From assembly GCA_021613535.1 (NCBI GenBank), contig CP075497.1, forward strand, positions 3,162,001 through 3,226,000: a DNA stretch of 64,000 nucleotides. Reading direction: 5' to 3'. This DNA comes from Adineta vaga. Taxonomy: Eukaryota > Animalia > Rotifera. Positions 55,925 through 64,000 of the stretch are shown piece after piece. How positions within the stretch are numbered: position 1 is the first letter of the stretch; each line of letters starts with the position of its first letter. The translations under genes were made by a program, and so were the position numbers. The notes beneath the pieces were generated by a model, which saw only the letters and a list, made by a program, of their open reading frames with translations, was not told where the DNA came from and did no database searches.

Positions 55925-57085
55925 TCAAGTGAATTTGCTAAACGACAATAGGTTGATGCATTATATTCAGTTAATGCAAGTATGTATGGAGTATATGATT
56001 TTCGAACGAGCAAATCACAACTAAATTTACATAGAGATGTCGAGAGAAGTAATTTTTTCAGCTTCGTTTTTATTTAGTTTGGCCAGTTTTTGTTCCTTTT
56101 CTCAAAATGCAATATCTCAAAATCAGAGTGAGTTGAGTAATGATGAACTCGTTACAACTTATCTTCTTAATGAGATTCAAATTCAATCTGAGATAGATGC
56201 TAAAGCAGAATTATTCAAAAATAGTTTATCAATTCGGGTCATTTCATTTCTTAATTATTTGAAAATTGCCACTCAAGCAAATCACTTAGTTACTATGCTC
56301 TTAATACAAATTACATGATTTTACCGTATTATGTGGAAGAGTATAATGAATTCGGTCTTCTTTCCTATCAAACAAGGCATGTTGAGGAGGAAGAAAGTAA
56401 TGCGCCAGCTAGCGTATTTTCTTATTGTGGAATCGATAATCCACCAAGTACGATTGGTTTCGGTTGGATCTCATTGTTTGAAGATTTTTATTCTCACATT
56501 GAATGGTACAGTTATCGTCGTGAATGGTCTAACGATTACATTGAATTGAAACAAATAGATGGTGTTTTTAGTAGATGCCCTCCGCTCGAAGTTCTTTTTC
56601 AAAGTGCACTGGATTGTTTATACAACATCGAATGTCTTGAATTAATATTGTATTATTTTCCAAATTTTATTTCAGTTTGTATTGATCTTATTTCATATCA
56701 CTTCGAAACATATTTTTTATTGTTTAGATTCACCTAGATTTGAGTAATTATCGTCTAACATCACTATATGAGAATATTTCTGTCAATGATCATTTTCGTG
56801 AATTATTTGTGAAAGAAAGATTAATTAAAATCAATTATTCAGAATATTATGATAGTTGTGCTCCTTCATTATGCACATACGCCGACACTGATCGAACTGA
56901 TTTTTCTTATGCAACCACTTTATTCATCAGTCTTTATGGTGGTCTTGTTTATTACACTTCATTTAATTGAACTAGGAATGGTCGGTTTCGTATTGCACTT
57001 CAAATACCGTTCAAGTGATTTTGTTAGTGACCGTTGGATATCGATATTGAAAAAAAGTCTTTCTTACAATCAATCATTAGATTAG
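55925..57085 (+). pseudogene. Decayed copy of a large Cys-containing, membrane-anchored, rotifer-type uncharacterised gene family
   Basis: Fragments SSEFAKRQ*VDALYSVNASMYGVYDFRT (in-frame TAG at 55949-55951), FSLASFCSFSQ, LFQSALDCLYNIECL, YSEYYDSCAPSLCTY..TTLFISLYGGL and SSDFVSDRWISILK lie in shifting frames, with stops and an apparently broken splice donor. Confidence 0.65.
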
Positions 57086-57230
57086 CGAAATCGAGCATTT
57101 ACAGTTTCAGTTATTGTCAAATCTTTGTGAATTGTCTGACCAAACGGTTGAAGACTCTATTGATAATTTCCTCTCATAATCTTTCGTTATTTCAAATATT
57201 CTCAATAGAACTGATCTCGAAATACATTTA

Positions 57231-57470
57231 AAGGTCCCCATGTCAATTTAGTACGACAGGAACCGGCCGGATCAATGAATTTCCGCTGATTTCCTGCGAC
57301 AGGATTTCAACTTCGTATCTGGGCATCCGTTTCCAGTATCGTTCCAATTGATTTCGCGACGCGGGTTAAATCTTCGGATACAGCCATCAGATCCGGACCG
57401 GTTTCTGATGAAGGATCCACTGGTCTTTTGTGAAGGATCAGACAGAAACCGTATCTAATCGGTTCCTTTA
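57231..57470. mobile_element. GC-enriched, internally palindromic non-autonomous repeat (MITE-like remnant)
   Basis: Abrupt GC increase. Inverted pairs aggaaccg (~57258) / cggttcct (~57460), cggtttctg / cagaaaccg and atcaga..tctgat. No coding capacity and no clear target-site duplication. Confidence 0.45.
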
Positions 57471-57943
57471 TGATCATAATTACATAAATCAAGATTTTTT
57501 AATACTTTTATATTTGTAATTGTTGAACAGGACTTTCTTTATTAATCTACATTTTGATAAACAAATATTTTCGAGTATGGTATTGTCACAGCAAAATACT
57601 ATATAGTAAATGTAAATGTATTATGAATTCCGATAAGGAATATGTGTATTGTACCCGACTTGATTCGAGTCGAAAAATCACTGACTTGCCCATCTCTGTA
57701 CTATATCATAGAGTTCAGGTGCGGATTTCAATTTAAGAAAAAGCGAATTATACGAAAATTTTTTCATATTCGTGTATATAAGAACCGTTAGGTAAGAACG
57801 ACGCTGAGTATTCCTAACGAATAATGAGTTTCTTCTTCTCCATGAAGCGTCGTGAGTTAGTTGACAAAAGGATGATTACTGAGTCACTTTTGTAGTCATA
57901 TAGATATTTCATCTTCTCACTATTATATTTTTCTGTTATTTCT

Positions 57944-57961
57944 TGAGGGTGTGGGTGTGGA
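57944..57961 (+). repeat. Interstitial telomere-like tract TGAGGG TGTGGG TGTGGA
   Basis: Read directly from the sequence; related to 40274-40325. Confidence 0.55.
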
Positions 57962-58787
57962 TATACCTATGATCAATCAATTAGATACATAAACTTTCAC
58001 TGTTACTCTCACCTTGCCTCTTATCCGTGAATGGGAACATAGAGATATTCGTCGCTAGTTTCATTGATATGAAACGTCTAGTTGATAAACAACCAAAGTG
58101 TTTCTGACGCTAAAATTAGACGAAATCAGTTGTATTTTTTGAAAGGAAATATCTACTATCTGATTTCTTAGAACATTTAAAATCTTGTGAATGAGAGATC
58201 TACTCGGGCAATGTTTTGTCTTTAAATTCCTCAACATTTCATTCAGTTGATGTTTTATAAGTTAAATATAACGATCATAATATTCTCTCTTAGAAACAAA
58301 GATGTGGAAATAATAAAAGAATTCAACTCTAAAAAAATGAATTAATATTTCAAATTTGATCAATATTGATATTGATAATAAGTCAAAATTGACTAGTTCT
58401 TATTACAAATGATGTTTAACGAAAGAATTGATTCAATTGAATTTCAAATTCTAACGGACTAAATTTTGAACCTAAAAACGTTTGTGTTTATTATCAGATT
58501 ATGGACAAATAAGAGAAATATTGCAAAAAGAAAAACAAAACATACACATAAACACAAATTTGTAAGATGTATAAGTATAAGACGATAGTATTCTTTTGTT
58601 TTGATCATCACTGTTTTTGAAGAGAAAAAGAAATCAGAACTGAAAGACATGATCAATCAGACAAAAGCAGTAGCAAAGTAATGAATAGATGAATAAATGA
58701 ATAAATATACATCGAGCACAAAAGTTGAGAATGATAGGAATGTAAGAAAAAAAAGACAGTAAATTTTATTGTATATTAATTAATATC

Positions 58788-62423
<3,636 letters not shown>

Positions 62424-62678
62424 ATTTATATCAGCATTACCAATGCCGATAGAAAATAATATATACACGTGAAACAATTGAAGGATCAATTTATCTTTGA
62501 TTTCTATTCGTTCGACACTTGTACCATTAAAATACATAAAAAAATTGTTCATATCATGACCTCTATCGACTAAGTATTTTATACGTGCTTATGTTTTTCT
62601 TTTCGAAGTGATGATATGTCATCAATCAAACTATTTATGAATGATCTTTACGTACATTTCTAAATTTCTATTAAACCA

Positions 62679-63570
62679 ATGAGTGGAAGTCGAATTCTTC
62701 TTCGAATTTTTTCACATGGAAAATCTCATGTAATTCATTTCTTTTATTTTAATTGAAAATCTGTTCAAATCCTTTGCTTATATAGATTTCTCGATCATTC
62801 AGTTCGATTCAAGTTCAAGAAAAAATCAATAATGATTTGAAAACATATCCTATTTCAGGCGCACGAACAGTATTTACTGGTCTAGATTCAAAAACAATGT
62901 TTGTTGCTCAAAATACGTTATTACCTGAACTTGCCCCAGGAGAAATTCTTGTTAAAGTAAGCTCACAAAAATTTATTACAAATAATTGATTTTCTTCATT
63001 ATTATTCAAGGTTCGTTTAGCATCGATCTGTATGAGTGATGTACATACGATAACAGGACATCGCATTGAGCCAACACCAAGGTATTGAATACTTTGTTAT
63101 CTTCTTTGAATAACTTAATTCAGAGAATTTTCTTTCAATTTAAAGTGTTCTCGGTCATGAAGCTGTTGTTGAAGTTGTTGATCATCGACGACCTAATAGC
63201 GATTTAGCTATTGGTGATCGATTAACATTTTCTGTTGCTGATTGTTGTGGTAATTGTGAATTTTGTTTAAAAGGACTCAATCAAAAATGTGTTAAATTAT
63301 TTAAAGTATAATTAATCTCAATTCGTTTTCTTTCACAAATGAATTTTATTTTCTATCGAATTTTAGTATGGTCATTCTAAATTAAGTGATGGTTCAGGCT
63401 ATAATGGTTGCTATGCAACACATATTATCCTTCGTCGTGGTACTCATGTCGTGAAAATACCAGATTCTATATCAGATCGATGTGCAGCACCAATCAATTG
63501 TTCATTGGCAACGACTATGGCTGCATTGGAACATGTACCAAAAATAAAAAATGGACGAGCTTTTGTTCAG
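62679..63570 (+). CDS. Zinc-dependent medium-chain alcohol dehydrogenase, HpnZ-like (phosphonate-catabolism-associated type); 5' partial, with a putative mitochondrial presequence
   Basis: Five in-frame exons: MSGSRILLRIFSHGKSH|ISRSFSS..PELAPGEILVK|VRLASICMSDVHTITGHRIEPTPS|VLGHEAV..GDRLTFSVADCCGNCEFCLKGLNQKCVKLFK|YGHSKL..GCYATHIIL..APINCSLAT..RAFVQ. The NAD-binding half is not seen in the window. Confidence 0.85.
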
Positions 63571-64000
63571 GTATAGTAAATGGCATTCTATATTACTTAC
63601 AGATCATCTACAGGATGAAATACAATCGATTGGTATTTAACTTTAAGAATTCAATGTAATTCTGCTTTTTATATTTTATACAACAAGTTTTAATCTATAA
63701 CATGTATGTTAAACTTCATCGCTTACACAATCGACAATGAAGATTTTAATCATATAGAACAGATATGTGTATATACATATTGAGTATTATCTCAAATTAT
63801 TATTATTATAATATAAACTTTGATTAGTGTTTCCAATCTTTGACTAACAGTAATTGCATCTAATGTAATTTCTCTTTGTTATGCATTAAGAAACAAGCAA
63901 TCAGAATATTTGTAAAGAAAAAAAGCTTCTGTCGGCTTTCATTAAGACATTCGATCTTTGAATCGACGAAGTACAAAGATATGTCAGTAAAAATAGTCGT

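Overview
Eukaryotic, strongly AT-rich, gene-dense animal DNA with many short (about 50-70 nt) GT-AG introns. Intron size, composition, TGTGGG/TGAGGG telomere-like hexamers and the F-box/LRR gene type point to a bdelloid rotifer (Adineta/Rotaria-like); this assignment is an inference. Exons were assembled by hand. Genes in order: AGBL2/CCP2 cytosolic carboxypeptidase (-, runs off the left edge, one apparent frameshift); a Pro-rich unknown protein (+); a 10-exon, 1208-aa gene fusing signal peptide, C-type lectin, EGF and two extra TM helices to a full STRA6-family membrane protein (+, the stand-out finding); a B-box/coiled-coil protein (+); a disordered protein with two I-set Ig domains (+); a Raw/OLRN-1-like protein (+); KLHL1/4/5-like (+); Rab33 (+); an intronless 6-TM protein with a threefold repeat (-); RNMT (+); RCC1 (+, with an apparent GT-AC intron); a KLF (-); ZDHHC16-like (+); F-box/LRR (+); a small disordered protein (-); an intronless EEF1AKMT4-like methyltransferase (+); a decayed pseudogene plus repeat debris (about 53.5-58 kb); FAK/PTK2 (-); and the 5' half of an HpnZ-like Zn-dependent alcohol dehydrogenase with a mitochondrial-type presequence (+). 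No rRNA, tRNA or CRISPR features were found.
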